DNA of 64,000 bases from the NCBI RefSeq assembly GCF_056712565.1, contig NZ_CM160072.1, one strand, 5' to 3'. The translations under genes were made by a program, and so were the position numbers. The notes below the pieces were generated by a model. It was not told where the DNA came from and did no database searches. It was given only the letters and a program-made list of their open reading frames with translations. Shown in pieces: positions 15,663 to 25,436 of the stretch. Every line of letters begins with the position of its first letter. The stretch's first letter is position 1.

Positions 15663-15848
15663 TCAGACGCTCACTTTTCTAAAATGCCATGTTTGCTCGG
15701 CATCATAAGGCATGGTCAGGAGAGGTTTCAGCACCCGCTTTTGCGCATATTCGCCGTCACTCATTGGCAGATATTCGGTAAAGCTGGTGGCCTGTGCAGG
15801 CAGCACTAAGCTCAATAAAAAAGCGCACATCCCTGTTCTGATGTTCAA
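15663..15848 (-). CDS. Hypothetical small protein with Sec-type signal peptide, co-oriented just upstream of the HigA-like gene
   Basis: 61 codons from TTG (55 from an internal ATG at 15830); predicted signal peptide with AQA cleavage motif; stop lies 25 nt before the HigA-like ATG. No similarity to HigB/RelE recognised. Coding status uncertain. Confidence 0.3.
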   Translation of the reverse strand: MNIRTGMCAFLLSLVLPAQATSFTEYLPMSDGEYAQKRVLKPLLTMPYDAEQTWHFRKVSV

Positions 15849-15872
15849 TTCCCTGAATTCCCTGATGGAGAA

Positions 15873-16343
15873 TTATTCTTCTTCCACCGCTAACTGCGCG
15901 AAGCCGCCATTCCCTTCCCAGCCTTCCAGTCGTTGATAAACGGTTTCTACCGCATCTTTAATCGGCTGGGTCATCGGGTAGTAAAAGCCGACGATATCCG
16001 GCTGGATGCCGAGAAAAATCACTTCGCCAATATCTTCTTTCAACTGGTCGATAAGATAGTTCAGCGGCATGTTATGGGTAGTCATCATAAACATCTCGGC
16101 GATGTCAGCCGGGTCGATGATGCGGATCTCGCCAGGGTTTAGCCCCATATCCGTGGCGTCGACAATAAGCAGCCGTGTCGGGCGCAGTTCGCGGATAGCG
16201 ACAATGTCGTTTTCCGGTGCGCTACCGCCGTCAATCACTACCCAGTTACCTTTCGGCGCGGCAGCGCACTTTTCCGCCAGTAGCGGGCCTGCGCCATCAT
16301 CACCCATCATGCTATTGCCAACACAGAGTAAAACGTCAGTCAC
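15873..16343 (-). CDS. hycI: Hydrogenase 3 maturation endopeptidase
   Basis: 156-aa ORF matching recalled HycI; last gene of the hyc operon. Confidence 0.92.
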   Translation of the reverse strand: MTDVLLCVGNSMMGDDGAGPLLAEKCAAAPKGNWVVIDGGSAPENDIVAIRELRPTRLLIVDATDMGLNPGEIRIIDPADIAEMFMMTTHNMPLNYLIDQLKEDIGEVIFLGIQPDIVGFYYPMTQPIKDAVETVYQRLEGWEGNGGFAQLAVEEE

Positions 16344-16746
16344 GCAGTCTCCTCACCATCAAATAGATGGCGTTTTCCTGATGAATATCATGCAGCATAC
16401 TTAACAGCATTGTACTCCATTCCTTCTGCTGCGAAGTTTGCGCTGCCCGGGCTTTATCGAATGCGTTGGCCAGCATCGGCACATGGTTAATGTCGATGAC
16501 GATCTCACCATATTTCGGCACGCCTTCCATTTTGCGGCGGGCTTCGCTGCCCGCCTCCAGAGTGGCAATCCATGCCAGATAGTCATCCCACGGGCAGGTA
16601 AGCGCCGCTTCCAGGCAATCGATAACCCCAAGGTGGTGACCAATCGCCAGGCTGTAATAGACCACCTGCTGCGCCTCGGCGGGCGTAGCATCGTTCTCAT
16701 CAATGAATTTACGGCTCAGTTGACTGAACACCACCTTTTCACTCAT
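16336..16746 (-). CDS. hycH: Formate hydrogenlyase maturation protein
   Basis: 136-aa ORF, length and sequence match recalled HycH; overlaps hycI start. Confidence 0.9.
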   Translation of the reverse strand: MSEKVVFSQLSRKFIDENDATPAEAQQVVYYSLAIGHHLGVIDCLEAALTCPWDDYLAWIATLEAGSEARRKMEGVPKYGEIVIDINHVPMLANAFDKARAAQTSQQKEWSTMLLSMLHDIHQENAIYLMVRRLRD

Positions 16747-17510
16747 CGGATACGCGCCTCTTCAACAACATGATTCAGATGGCTGACAATCTCGTTCAGA
16801 CGCGGATCGTTTTCCGCTTCCAGCCAGCGTGCAACCTGTTCTTCGCCCTGCCCTAATTGCGTCAGGAAATCATCGGCAATCTGGCGACCGTAACGATAAC
16901 CCGCCAGGCGGCGTGCTTCGCGATCCACTTTCACGCGCAGCGGCTGCACCATATCGCCATGCAGAATCTCCGCCGGTTGTTCATCCTGCTCACCCGGCCC
17001 ACGGGCGTGGATTTTCTGCTCCAGCAGGCCGAGCGCCATCGCAAAGCCGTACAGCGTGGCGGCAGGCGTTGGCGGGCAGCCAGGGATATAAACATCCACT
17101 GGAACGATTTTATCCGTACCGCCCCACACGCAGTAGAGATCGTGGAAGATCCCGCCACTGTTACCGCAGGCACCGTAGGAGATACAGATTTTCGGGTCCG
17201 GCGCGGACTGCCACGCACGCAGCGCAGGGGATCGCATTGCACGGGTGACCGCGCCGGTAAACAGTAAAATATCCGCATGACGCGGTGACGGAACGACTTT
17301 AATGCCGAAGCGTTCTGCATCGAACAGCGGCGAAAGCGTGGCGAAAATTTCGATTTCGCAACCGTTACAGCCGCCGCAGTCCACGCGATAAACGTAGGCA
17401 GAACGTTTGATTTTTTTCAGTAACGACGCCTTCATGCTGGCGATGGATTCATCCACCGTCATCGGGACCGGAATGCCGTTGGCGTCACGGGGGCCTAATA
17501 AATTGCTCAT
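16743..17510 (-). CDS. hycG: Hydrogenase 3 small subunit (NuoB-like)
   Basis: 255-aa ORF with Fe-S cluster Cys ligands (CGGCNGC...GCPP). Confidence 0.92.
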   Translation of the reverse strand: MSNLLGPRDANGIPVPMTVDESIASMKASLLKKIKRSAYVYRVDCGGCNGCEIEIFATLSPLFDAERFGIKVVPSPRHADILLFTGAVTRAMRSPALRAWQSAPDPKICISYGACGNSGGIFHDLYCVWGGTDKIVPVDVYIPGCPPTPAATLYGFAMALGLLEQKIHARGPGEQDEQPAEILHGDMVQPLRVKVDREARRLAGYRYGRQIADDFLTQLGQGEEQVARWLEAENDPRLNEIVSHLNHVVEEARIR

Positions 17511-18052
17511 CAGATGGCCTCTTTCATATGGCGAGTCAGTTCAATACGGTCGGACGGCACCAGGCATTTCTGGCGCTTACATTCCGGGCAAGTCTCAAAG
17601 CTTTCGCGGTGGTTTTCCGCGCGGCTGTCACCGTTGTGCTTAAGCAGCGCAATGGCGTAGTCGATCTCTTTCTGGACGGCGAAAGGACGATTGCAGACGC
17701 GGCAGTTGCACAGCGCGAAGCGGGACTGTTGCAGGAAATCTTCTTTCTTCCACACCGCCAGTTCGTACTCTTGCGACAGTTTGATCGCCGCTGTCGGGCA
17801 GACTTCTTCGCAGCGCCCACAGAAGATGCAGCGCCCAAGGTCAAACTGCCACGCCAGCTCACCAGTGGCGAGGTCGGTTTCAACCGTTAAGGCGTTTGAC
17901 GGGCAGGCATTGACGCAAGCCGCACAGCCAATGCACTGCTGCGGGTTCTGCTCTGGCTTACCACGGAAGTTTTTATCAACCGCAATCGGCTCCAGCGGAT
18001 AAGACGAAGTCGCCGTGCCGGTTTTGATGACTTTTTTGATAAAGGTAAACAT
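17510..18052 (-). CDS. hycF: Formate hydrogenlyase 2x[4Fe-4S] subunit
   Basis: 180-aa ORF with two CxxCxxCxxxCP motifs. Confidence 0.92.
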   Translation of the reverse strand: MFTFIKKVIKTGTATSSYPLEPIAVDKNFRGKPEQNPQQCIGCAACVNACPSNALTVETDLATGELAWQFDLGRCIFCGRCEEVCPTAAIKLSQEYELAVWKKEDFLQQSRFALCNCRVCNRPFAVQKEIDYAIALLKHNGDSRAENHRESFETCPECKRQKCLVPSDRIELTRHMKEAI

Positions 18053-18061
18053 GGCGATTCC

Positions 18062-19771
18062 TTATTTCAGCGGCGAGTTTTTACGCTCAATGCTGTAGCG
18101 CTCAAGTTCTTTGTACGGCACCACTTTGCTCTTCTTCTTACGTACATCGACCACGGTCATGCGGTCGGTACAGGAGTAGCAAGGGTCCAGGCTACCGATA
18201 ATCAGCGGCGCATCGGAAACGGTGTTGCCGCGCAGCATATAACGCAGGGTCGGCCAGTTCGCGTAGGTCGCCGCACGGCAGCGCCAGCGGTACAGCTTCT
18301 GGTTGTCGCCGGTCATGCTCCAGTGGATATCGTCGCCGCGCGGCGCTTCGGCAAAGCCCAGCGCGAAACGGTGCGGAATGTAGGTAAAGCCTTCCACCAT
18401 CAGCGGGCCGCCCGGCAGGTTATCCAGACCGTAATCGATCATATTCAGCGCGGTATAGACTTCGTTGATACGCACTTTCAGACGGGAAATAACGTCGCAG
18501 CCCTGCTCGCTGTGGACTTCCATTGGCAGCAGGCCATAACCAACAAACGGGTGATCGGCACGGGTATCACGGGCGTGACCGCTGGCACGAACCATCGGGC
18601 CAACGTTACTGAAGTCGCGAGCGATTTCCGGGTCCAGACGACCAATGCCGACGGTGCGTTGTTCCATGTTCGGTGTGCTCAGCAGCACATCCACCAGCTC
18701 CTGCACTTCACGACGCATCTGTTGTGCCAGCTGGCGGGTCTGGATCATGTCGTCTTTCAGCAGATCGCGACGAATCCCGCCGATCAGGTTCAGGCCGTAG
18801 GTTTTACGTGCACCGGTAAGGATCTCTGCCATTTTCATGGAGGTTTCACGCACGCGGAAGAACTGCATAAAGCCGGAGTCGAAGCCGGTAAAGTGACAGG
18901 CCAGGCCGAGATTGAGCAGATGCGAGTGCAGGCGTTCTACCTCCAGCAGAATGGCGCGGATCATCTGCGCGCGTTCTGGCACCTGAATACCCATCGCGTT
19001 TTCCACCGACGTGGTATAGGCGGTGCTGTGAGCAAAGCCGCAGATCCCGCACACACGGTCAGAGAGGAAGGTCACTTCGTTGTAACCCATACGGGTTTCC
19101 GCCAGTTTTTCCATGCCGCGATGGACGTAGAACAGGCGGTAGTCGGCGTCGATAATGTTTTCACCATCGACGAACAGACGGAAGTGACCCGGTTCGTCAG
19201 AAGTGACGTGCAGTGGACCAATCGGCACGACGTTGTTTTTCTTGTCGCCCAGTTCGTTGATGAACTCGTAGGTTTCAGCATCGGTAGTCGGTGCCGGACG
19301 CTGACGATAATCCATGCTGTCTTTACGCAGAGGATAAAGTTCATCCGGCCAGTCATCCGGCAGCACCAGACGACGTTCATCCGGCAGACCAACCGGAATC
19401 AAACCGTACATATCGCGCACTTCACGCTCGCCCCACACCGCCGCCGGAACGCGCGGCGTCACGGAAGGATACTCCGGTTTGTTGGCGTCAACTTCGACGC
19501 GAACCGTTACCCAACACTTGGTGCCCTTCTCCATCGACAGCACGTAATAAACGGCGTAATGACCATTCAGTTTGCGTTCGTCGTTACCAAACAGCACCGA
19601 CAGCCAACCCCCTTGTTTGTAGTAGAGAAACTCCACCACTTCCGGCAGGTAGTTCACCTTCACGGTGACGGTTAGCTGATCTTTGGTCTGCCAGGCGTGG
19701 TCCAGCACGACGCCCGGAAATGCCTCATTCAGGGCGGCGAGATAATGTTGACCTAATTTTTCTTCAGACAT
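18062..19771 (-). CDS. hycE: Hydrogenase 3 large [NiFe] subunit
   Basis: Start set at MSEEKLGQHYL (569 aa) rather than the ORF-track 576 aa; NuoC/NuoD-like fusion with C-terminal Ni-binding Cys motif before the HycI cleavage site. Confidence 0.92.
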   Translation of the reverse strand: MSEEKLGQHYLAALNEAFPGVVLDHAWQTKDQLTVTVKVNYLPEVVEFLYYKQGGWLSVLFGNDERKLNGHYAVYYVLSMEKGTKCWVTVRVEVDANKPEYPSVTPRVPAAVWGEREVRDMYGLIPVGLPDERRLVLPDDWPDELYPLRKDSMDYRQRPAPTTDAETYEFINELGDKKNNVVPIGPLHVTSDEPGHFRLFVDGENIIDADYRLFYVHRGMEKLAETRMGYNEVTFLSDRVCGICGFAHSTAYTTSVENAMGIQVPERAQMIRAILLEVERLHSHLLNLGLACHFTGFDSGFMQFFRVRETSMKMAEILTGARKTYGLNLIGGIRRDLLKDDMIQTRQLAQQMRREVQELVDVLLSTPNMEQRTVGIGRLDPEIARDFSNVGPMVRASGHARDTRADHPFVGYGLLPMEVHSEQGCDVISRLKVRINEVYTALNMIDYGLDNLPGGPLMVEGFTYIPHRFALGFAEAPRGDDIHWSMTGDNQKLYRWRCRAATYANWPTLRYMLRGNTVSDAPLIIGSLDPCYSCTDRMTVVDVRKKKSKVVPYKELERYSIERKNSPLK

Positions 19772-19788
19772 GCTCAAACTCTCTTTAA

Positions 19789-20712
19789 TCACGCCGCCAG
19801 CAAGGAGACGAACGCTAAAAATGCAAAGCCAAAACCAGCCCAGGTAATGCGTGGAGTAATATCAAGACGCAAACGGGCCATGCTGTTTTCGAACAGCGCG
19901 ATAACCAGTACGCCGACCACCAGTTTGACGATGGCAATCACCAGCGCCAGCAGCAGCCCACCGACGGTGAAGGTTTCCATTTGTCCCCACGGAATAAACA
20001 CCCCGACGAACATCTGCAACACCACCAGCTGTTTCAGGCTGATGCCCCATTTCATGACGCCAAAGCCGCTGCCGCTATACTCAGAGAGCGGACCTTCCTG
20101 CAACTCCTGCTCGGCTTCCGCCAGGTCGAACGGCAGTTTGCCCATTTCGATAAAAGTGGCGAACGCACAGGCACAAAGCGCCAGCACCAGCGGGATGCTC
20201 TGGCTCAGTGGCCAGTGATAAACGGTGTCGGTGATGTTGCTGATGTTGGTGGAACCGGCAGCCTGTGCGGCGACCCACAGACCAAGCAGCAGCATCGGTT
20301 CAACCAACACGCCAAGCATCGCTTCACGGCTCGCGCCGATAGCGGTAAACGGGCTACCAGTATCCAGACCAGAAATGGCAAAGAAGAAACGCGCGATGGA
20401 GAAGAGATACAGTAAGGTGATCAAATCGCCCAGTGGCGGCAGCGGAGAGCCGACGGTCACCACCGGCAGCGCAGTGGCGATAGTCAGCATGACGCCCACC
20501 ATCACATACGGCGTCAGGCGGAACACCCAGCCGGAGGCATCCGGGCCAACGCTCTGGCGGCCCAGCAGTTTGATAATGTCGCGATACTCCTGCAACACAC
20601 CCGGCCCACGACGGTTATGCAGACGGGCGCGCGCTACGCGGGTAATACCGGAGAGCAGCGGCGCAACGGCAAATAGCACCAGCGCCTGAATTAACGGATA
20701 TAAAACACTCAT
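19789..20712 (-). CDS. hycD: Formate hydrogenlyase membrane subunit (NuoH-like)
   Basis: 307-aa polytopic membrane ORF matching recalled HycD. Confidence 0.92.
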   Translation of the reverse strand: MSVLYPLIQALVLFAVAPLLSGITRVARARLHNRRGPGVLQEYRDIIKLLGRQSVGPDASGWVFRLTPYVMVGVMLTIATALPVVTVGSPLPPLGDLITLLYLFSIARFFFAISGLDTGSPFTAIGASREAMLGVLVEPMLLLGLWVAAQAAGSTNISNITDTVYHWPLSQSIPLVLALCACAFATFIEMGKLPFDLAEAEQELQEGPLSEYSGSGFGVMKWGISLKQLVVLQMFVGVFIPWGQMETFTVGGLLLALVIAIVKLVVGVLVIALFENSMARLRLDITPRITWAGFGFAFLAFVSLLAA

Positions 20713-20714
20713 TC

Positions 20715-22541
20715 TCAGGCTCCTCGTGAAACAATAATCACCACCAGCACCGCCAGTTCAACCAGCGCCATCCGGCGGAACAGCAACGCACTCCCCTCGC
20801 ACTGCCAGCCCGGCACCAGAGACACCGGATTCAGCCATTTGCGTAGTTTCAGCACCGGCGCAAACGCCTGTTTCACCGGCATGGCAAAACCGTGAGCGGT
20901 AATCACCATTGATTTTTCATGATCGTAGCCGCACACCCAGGCCGCACCGCGGGAACGCGACGGCAAACGATCGCCTTTGCAAATCGCCATAATGATGAAT
21001 GGCAGCAGCGGGCAGGCAATCAGCAGCAACGTGATCATTGGTTGAGAAACGGTGGTGTTAGCAGGCTCCAGCGGCAGAGGTACAGCAGCAGAGAGCATCG
21101 GCAGTAGCCACGGCGCAGCAACACCGCCAATTACGCAGCAAATCGCCAGTGCCACTACGCTTACGCTCATCAGGAGCGGCGCACAGGTGGCGTTTTCGGC
21201 CTCTTTGGTACGCGGCGCGCCGAGGAAAGTAACGCCATAAACTTTCGCCATACACATCACCGCCAGCGCACCGGTAATTGCCAGCCCCACGGCGAGCAGC
21301 GGCCCGAGAAGACGGGCAACAAACGCGCCACTATTGCTCAGTTTGAAGAAGGATTGATAGATAACCCATTCCCCGGCAAAACCGTTCAGCGGCGGCAGCG
21401 CAGCCATTGCCATCAGCCCGACTAACATGGCGATGGAGATAACCGGCATTTTCTTGCCAATACCACCGAGTTTTTCGATATCGCGATGACCGGTACGGAA
21501 CCAGACGCTCCCCGCACCAAGGAACAGTACGCTCTTGAACAGGCTATGGTTAAGCAGATGGTACAGACCACCAACCAGACCAAGGGCAATCAGCGCCGGT
21601 TGTTCGAGCGCGATACCCGTTACGCCAGCGCCCAGCCCCAGCAGGATAATGCCGATATTCTCCAGGGTGTGGTAAGCCAGCAGACGTTGGATATTATGTT
21701 CCATCAACGCATACAGACCGCCGACGAATGCGGTGATCATACCGAGCACCAGCAGCGCGATCCCCCACCACAGCGGTGCATTACCGCCCAGTAGTGACAG
21801 AGTTAAAATGCCCAGCAGGCCAATTTTCATGACTACCGTGGAAAACAGCGCGGCAGCTGGCGCAGAGGCGTTGGCATGTGCCTGTGGCACCCAGCCGTGC
21901 AGCGGAATAATCCCGGCCAGCAGGCCAAAGCCAATCACACCGAGCAGCCAGATATCGGAACCGAGCGGCAGCTGTTGCATACGCATATCCAGCAGGCGCA
22001 GATCCAGCGTGCCGTAACGCTGCCACAGCAGCCAGCAGGCAATCGCCAGCAGCAGAGTGCCAAGACGCCCCAGCGCAAACCACAGTTTGCCCTCTTTGCT
22101 GTTGCTGGTGAGGAACACCGCACACAGGGCCATGATTTCGGCCATTACCACGAACATGCCGAGGTTGCTGGCGATGACGGCACAGACGGCGGCAGCCATC
22201 AACATATTGATCTGCAAGCCGTTGCATTTCACCTGCGCGTGGCGATGCCAGTCAATGTTGTAGAGGCTGACAAACAGACCGCATAGGCCGAGTGTAATCA
22301 GCCAAATCGCGTTAAGCGGAGAGATTTGCACATCGTAGCTTACCAGCGACAGCGCACCGCTCACGCCAACCGTGCCAGTCAGCACAGTGAAGCCCGCGGC
22401 TGCCGTATACAGGCTACCCACCGCGCCGCCAATTCCGGCTATCCAGCCACTTAGCGCTTTTTGAAAAGAAAAGAGAAATGCCAGAACAGCGACGGCGACA
22501 AACCACGCCACGCCGCTATTGATCAGGGAAATTGCGCTCAT
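20715..22541 (-). CDS. hycC: Formate hydrogenlyase membrane subunit (NuoL/antiporter-like)
   Basis: 608-aa polytopic membrane ORF. Confidence 0.92.
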   Translation of the reverse strand: MSAISLINSGVAWFVAVAVLAFLFSFQKALSGWIAGIGGAVGSLYTAAAGFTVLTGTVGVSGALSLVSYDVQISPLNAIWLITLGLCGLFVSLYNIDWHRHAQVKCNGLQINMLMAAAVCAVIASNLGMFVVMAEIMALCAVFLTSNSKEGKLWFALGRLGTLLLAIACWLLWQRYGTLDLRLLDMRMQQLPLGSDIWLLGVIGFGLLAGIIPLHGWVPQAHANASAPAAALFSTVVMKIGLLGILTLSLLGGNAPLWWGIALLVLGMITAFVGGLYALMEHNIQRLLAYHTLENIGIILLGLGAGVTGIALEQPALIALGLVGGLYHLLNHSLFKSVLFLGAGSVWFRTGHRDIEKLGGIGKKMPVISIAMLVGLMAMAALPPLNGFAGEWVIYQSFFKLSNSGAFVARLLGPLLAVGLAITGALAVMCMAKVYGVTFLGAPRTKEAENATCAPLLMSVSVVALAICCVIGGVAAPWLLPMLSAAVPLPLEPANTTVSQPMITLLLIACPLLPFIIMAICKGDRLPSRSRGAAWVCGYDHEKSMVITAHGFAMPVKQAFAPVLKLRKWLNPVSLVPGWQCEGSALLFRRMALVELAVLVVIIVSRGA

Positions 22542-23149
22542 TTAGCCTCTCCACTTTGAGCCTGCTGAAACAAGGTGAGATCGCCAAAGTCCGTGTTAAA
22601 AGTCAGCTCACGCTTACGTTTGCTGACGCGGGCGATATCGGTGTTATCCACCAGATGCAGGGCTTTAGTCGGGCACATCCGCACGCAGGCCGGACCTTGT
22701 TCATCAAAGCTACAAAGGTCACATTTGACGGCGATCGCGCGAATACCTGGCACCCAGTCAAGCAATGTGCTGACACGCGCCGGAGCAGGCGGTGCCGGTG
22801 GCGCTTTCGGGGTATTGGCGTTTGCCGGAATATCCAGCGGACGGCTGCCGGAAAATTCAATTGCGCCAAACGGGCAGGCGATGCCACACAGTTTGCAGCT
22901 TACGCACAAGCTTTCATTCAGCTGCACGGCACCATCAACACGAGTGATGGCGTTAACCGGGCAGACCGTTGCGCAGGGTGCATCTTCACAGTGGTGACAG
23001 AGCTGCGGCGCAGATTCTTTTTCATTTAGCATCACTCTCAGGCGCGGCATTGATTGCAGGCCGTGCTGGCGATGCGTCTCTGAACAGGTAGCCTCACAAG
23101 TGTGGCAGCCGATACAGAGCGTGGAGTCAGCAATTACAAAACGATTCAC
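22538..23149 (-). CDS. hycB: Formate hydrogenlyase Fe-S subunit
   Basis: 203-aa ORF with four ferredoxin-type Cys clusters. Confidence 0.92.
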   Translation of the reverse strand: MNRFVIADSTLCIGCHTCEATCSETHRQHGLQSMPRLRVMLNEKESAPQLCHHCEDAPCATVCPVNAITRVDGAVQLNESLCVSCKLCGIACPFGAIEFSGSRPLDIPANANTPKAPPAPPAPARVSTLLDWVPGIRAIAVKCDLCSFDEQGPACVRMCPTKALHLVDNTDIARVSKRKRELTFNTDFGDLTLFQQAQSGEAK

Positions 23150-23273
23150 CAGGCATTCCTCAGGTGATTGTCATTTTTGACGAAAACATGCCGATGAAAT
23201 GTCATTTTCGACACTCATCGACACGCCCATCCCCAAACAGGCGTAACGCCTGCAAAACGGGCAAAGCCTCAGC

Positions 23274-23735
23274 TCATGCTGCCGGGCTTTGTCCCTTTAC
23301 CAGTTGGCTTAAATTCACCGGCACATTGTTTTCAATGGCGGTGTATAAGCTGTCGTAAACGCCAGCGATTTTTTCGAGATAGTGTTCCAGAACCTGTTCG
23401 CGATCGCGGATGTTGACCTTGCCATCAATCATGCCGTCAATGCTCAGTTGCGCCTGCGCAATCCGCTGTTTGTCTTCACCCTCTTTCGTTTCGACGTAAT
23501 ACTCGATGGTGTGGCTGTTAAAGCCATCCGCCAGGGTGACGTAAATGCGAAAATGTTCAAAAAGGACGAAACAGAGTTCTTTGTCCGGCGCGCAGCTCAT
23601 GGCGTGATGCAGGCGCGCTTTCGATAACGTGATCCCCTGAACCAGCGAATTGCAGTAGATGTGCCACTGGTCCTGTAGGCGACGATGCCGCTGTGCGATG
23701 TAATCGGCTTTCTCGCTTATTTCCCAAATAGTCAT
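23274..23735 (-). CDS. hycA: Formate hydrogenlyase regulatory protein
   Basis: 153-aa ORF matching recalled HycA; first gene of the hyc operon, divergent from hypA. Confidence 0.9.
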   Translation of the reverse strand: MTIWEISEKADYIAQRHRRLQDQWHIYCNSLVQGITLSKARLHHAMSCAPDKELCFVLFEHFRIYVTLADGFNSHTIEYYVETKEGEDKQRIAQAQLSIDGMIDGKVNIRDREQVLEHYLEKIAGVYDSLYTAIENNVPVNLSQLVKGQSPAA

Positions 23736-23770
23736 TGTCAGGTTACCCGTTTAACAGAGATGCCAGCTTT

Positions 23771-23787
23771 AAGCATTTTCTGTGCCA
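23771..23787 (-). promoter_or_regulatory. Sigma54 promoter of the hyc operon
   Basis: Minus-strand TGGCACAGAAAATGCT (-24 GG / -12 GC) ~35 nt upstream of the hycA ATG. Confidence 0.75.
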
Positions 23788-23834
23788 ACTTTTAATTTAT
23801 TGTTATTAAAGCGATTTTTAAGCTAAAGATGAAT

Positions 23835-23874
23835 TTCGTCGCCGTGTCGACGTGTCATTTCGACATCATCGACA
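23835..23874. promoter_or_regulatory. FhlA upstream activating sequences shared by the divergent hyc and hyp promoters
   Basis: TTTCGTCGCCGTGTCGACGTGTCATTTCGACATCATCGACA: repeated TGTCGACA / TCGACA motifs midway between the two sigma54 promoters. Confidence 0.75.
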
Positions 23875-23900
23875 TTATTTACCGCAGGGATAATCAACAC

Positions 23901-23917
23901 TGGCACAATTATTGCTT
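23901..23917 (+). promoter_or_regulatory. Sigma54 promoter of the hyp operon
   Basis: TGGCACAATTATTGCT ~30 nt upstream of the hypA ATG. Confidence 0.8.
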
Positions 23918-23946
23918 GTAGCTGGCAATAGTTAATGGGAGGCGAT

Positions 23947-24297
23947 ATGCACGAAATAACCCTCTGCCAACGGGCACTGGAATTGATCGAACAGCAGGCC
24001 GCAAAACACGGCGCAAAACGCGTAACTGGGGTCTGGCTCAAAATTGGCGCATTTTCTTGTGTCGAAACCAGCTCTCTTGCCTTTTGTTTTGATCTGGTTT
24101 GCCGCGGCAGCGTGGCGGAAGGTTGTAAACTGCACCTCGAAGAACAAGAGGCCGAATGCTGGTGTGAAACATGCCAACAGTATGTGACGCTACTGACCCA
24201 GCGCGTCCGCCGCTGTCCACAGTGTCATGGTGACATGCTACAGATTGTGGCAGACGACGGTTTACAGATTCGGCGGATAGAAATAGACCAGGAGTGA
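23947..24297 (+). CDS. hypA: Hydrogenase nickel-incorporation protein HypA
   Basis: Start at MHEITLCQRA (116 aa); C-terminal zinc-binding CxxC...CxxC. Confidence 0.92.
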   Translation: MHEITLCQRALELIEQQAAKHGAKRVTGVWLKIGAFSCVETSSLAFCFDLVCRGSVAEGCKLHLEEQEAECWCETCQQYVTLLTQRVRRCPQCHGDMLQIVADDGLQIRRIEIDQE

Positions 24298-24300
24298 GCG

Positions 24301-25173
24301 ATGTGTACAACATGCGGTTGCGGTGAAGGCAACCTGTATATCGAGGGTGATGAACATAACCCTCATTCCGCGTTTCGTAGCGCGCCATTTGCCCCGGCGG
24401 CACGCCCGAAGATGAAAATCACCGGCATTAAAGCGCCTGAATTTACCCCCAGCCAGACTGAAGAAGGCGACCTGCATTACGGTCATGGCGAAGCGGGCAC
24501 TCACGCGCCGGGCATGAGCCAGCGTCGGATGCTGGAAGTCGAAATTGACGTGCTGGACAAAAATAACCGTCTGGCTGAACGCAACCGCGCGCACTTTGCT
24601 GCCCGCAAGCAACTGGTGCTCAACCTGGTTTCCAGCCCTGGTTCCGGTAAAACCACCCTGCTGACGGAAACCTTAATGCGCCTGAAAGACAGCGTTCCGT
24701 GCGCAGTTATTGAAGGCGACCAGCAAACCGTGAACGATGCCGCGCGCATTCGTGCTACCGGCACGCCAGCGATTCAGGTGAACACCGGTAAAGGCTGCCA
24801 TCTTGACGCACAGATGATTGCCGACGCCGCGCCGCGCCTGCCACTGGACGATAACGGTATTCTGTTTATCGAAAACGTCGGCAACCTCGTGTGCCCGGCC
24901 AGCTTCGATCTCGGTGAAAAACACAAAGTGGCGGTGCTTTCCGTTACCGAAGGTGAAGACAAACCGCTGAAATATCCGCATATGTTTGCCGCCGCCTCGC
25001 TGATGCTGCTCAACAAAGTTGACCTGCTGCCGTATCTCAACTTTGACGTTGAGAAGTGCATCGCCTGCGCCCGTGAAGTCAATCCAGAAATTGAAATCAT
25101 CCTTATTTCCGCCACCAGCGGCGAAGGGATGGACCAGTGGCTGAACTGGCTGGAGACACAGCGATGTGCATAG
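24301..25173 (+). CDS. hypB: Hydrogenase nickel-incorporation GTPase HypB
   Basis: 290-aa ORF; N-terminal Cys/His-rich metal-binding region and P-loop GSGKTT. Confidence 0.93.
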   Translation: MCTTCGCGEGNLYIEGDEHNPHSAFRSAPFAPAARPKMKITGIKAPEFTPSQTEEGDLHYGHGEAGTHAPGMSQRRMLEVEIDVLDKNNRLAERNRAHFAARKQLVLNLVSSPGSGKTTLLTETLMRLKDSVPCAVIEGDQQTVNDAARIRATGTPAIQVNTGKGCHLDAQMIADAAPRLPLDDNGILFIENVGNLVCPASFDLGEKHKVAVLSVTEGEDKPLKYPHMFAAASLMLLNKVDLLPYLNFDVEKCIACAREVNPEIEIILISATSGEGMDQWLNWLETQRCA

Positions 25174-25436
25174 GCGTTCCCGGCCAGATCCGCACTATTG
25201 ACGGCAACCAGGCGAAAGTCGACGTCTGCGGCATTCAGCGCGATGTCGATTTAACGTTAGTCGGCAGCTGCGATGAAAACGGTCAGCCACGCGTGGGCCA
25301 GTGGGTACTGGTTCACGTTGGCTTTGCCATGAGCGTAATTAATGAAGCCGAAGCACGCGACACTCTCGACGCCTTACAAAACATGTTTGACGTTGAGCCA
25401 GATGTCGGCGCGCTGTTGTATGGCGAGGAAAAATAA
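25164..25436 (+). CDS. hypC: Hydrogenase maturation chaperone HypC
   Basis: Start at MCIGVPGQI (90 aa), the conserved HypC N-terminus; the ORF-track start is upstream. Confidence 0.9.
   Translation: MCIGVPGQIRTIDGNQAKVDVCGIQRDVDLTLVGSCDENGQPRVGQWVLVHVGFAMSVINEAEARDTLDALQNMFDVEPDVGALLYGEEK

Noticed and set aside
15588-15936. Two plus-strand ORFs (73 and 74 aa) across the islet/hycI junction
   Set aside because: They overlap the minus-strand small ORF and the hycI 3' end, and have no start context or domain signal.
18323-19675. 450-aa plus-strand ORF antisense to hycE
   Set aside because: Lies entirely within the well-supported hycE gene on the opposite strand; His/Arg/Val-rich low-complexity translation typical of a shadow ORF in GC-rich coding DNA.
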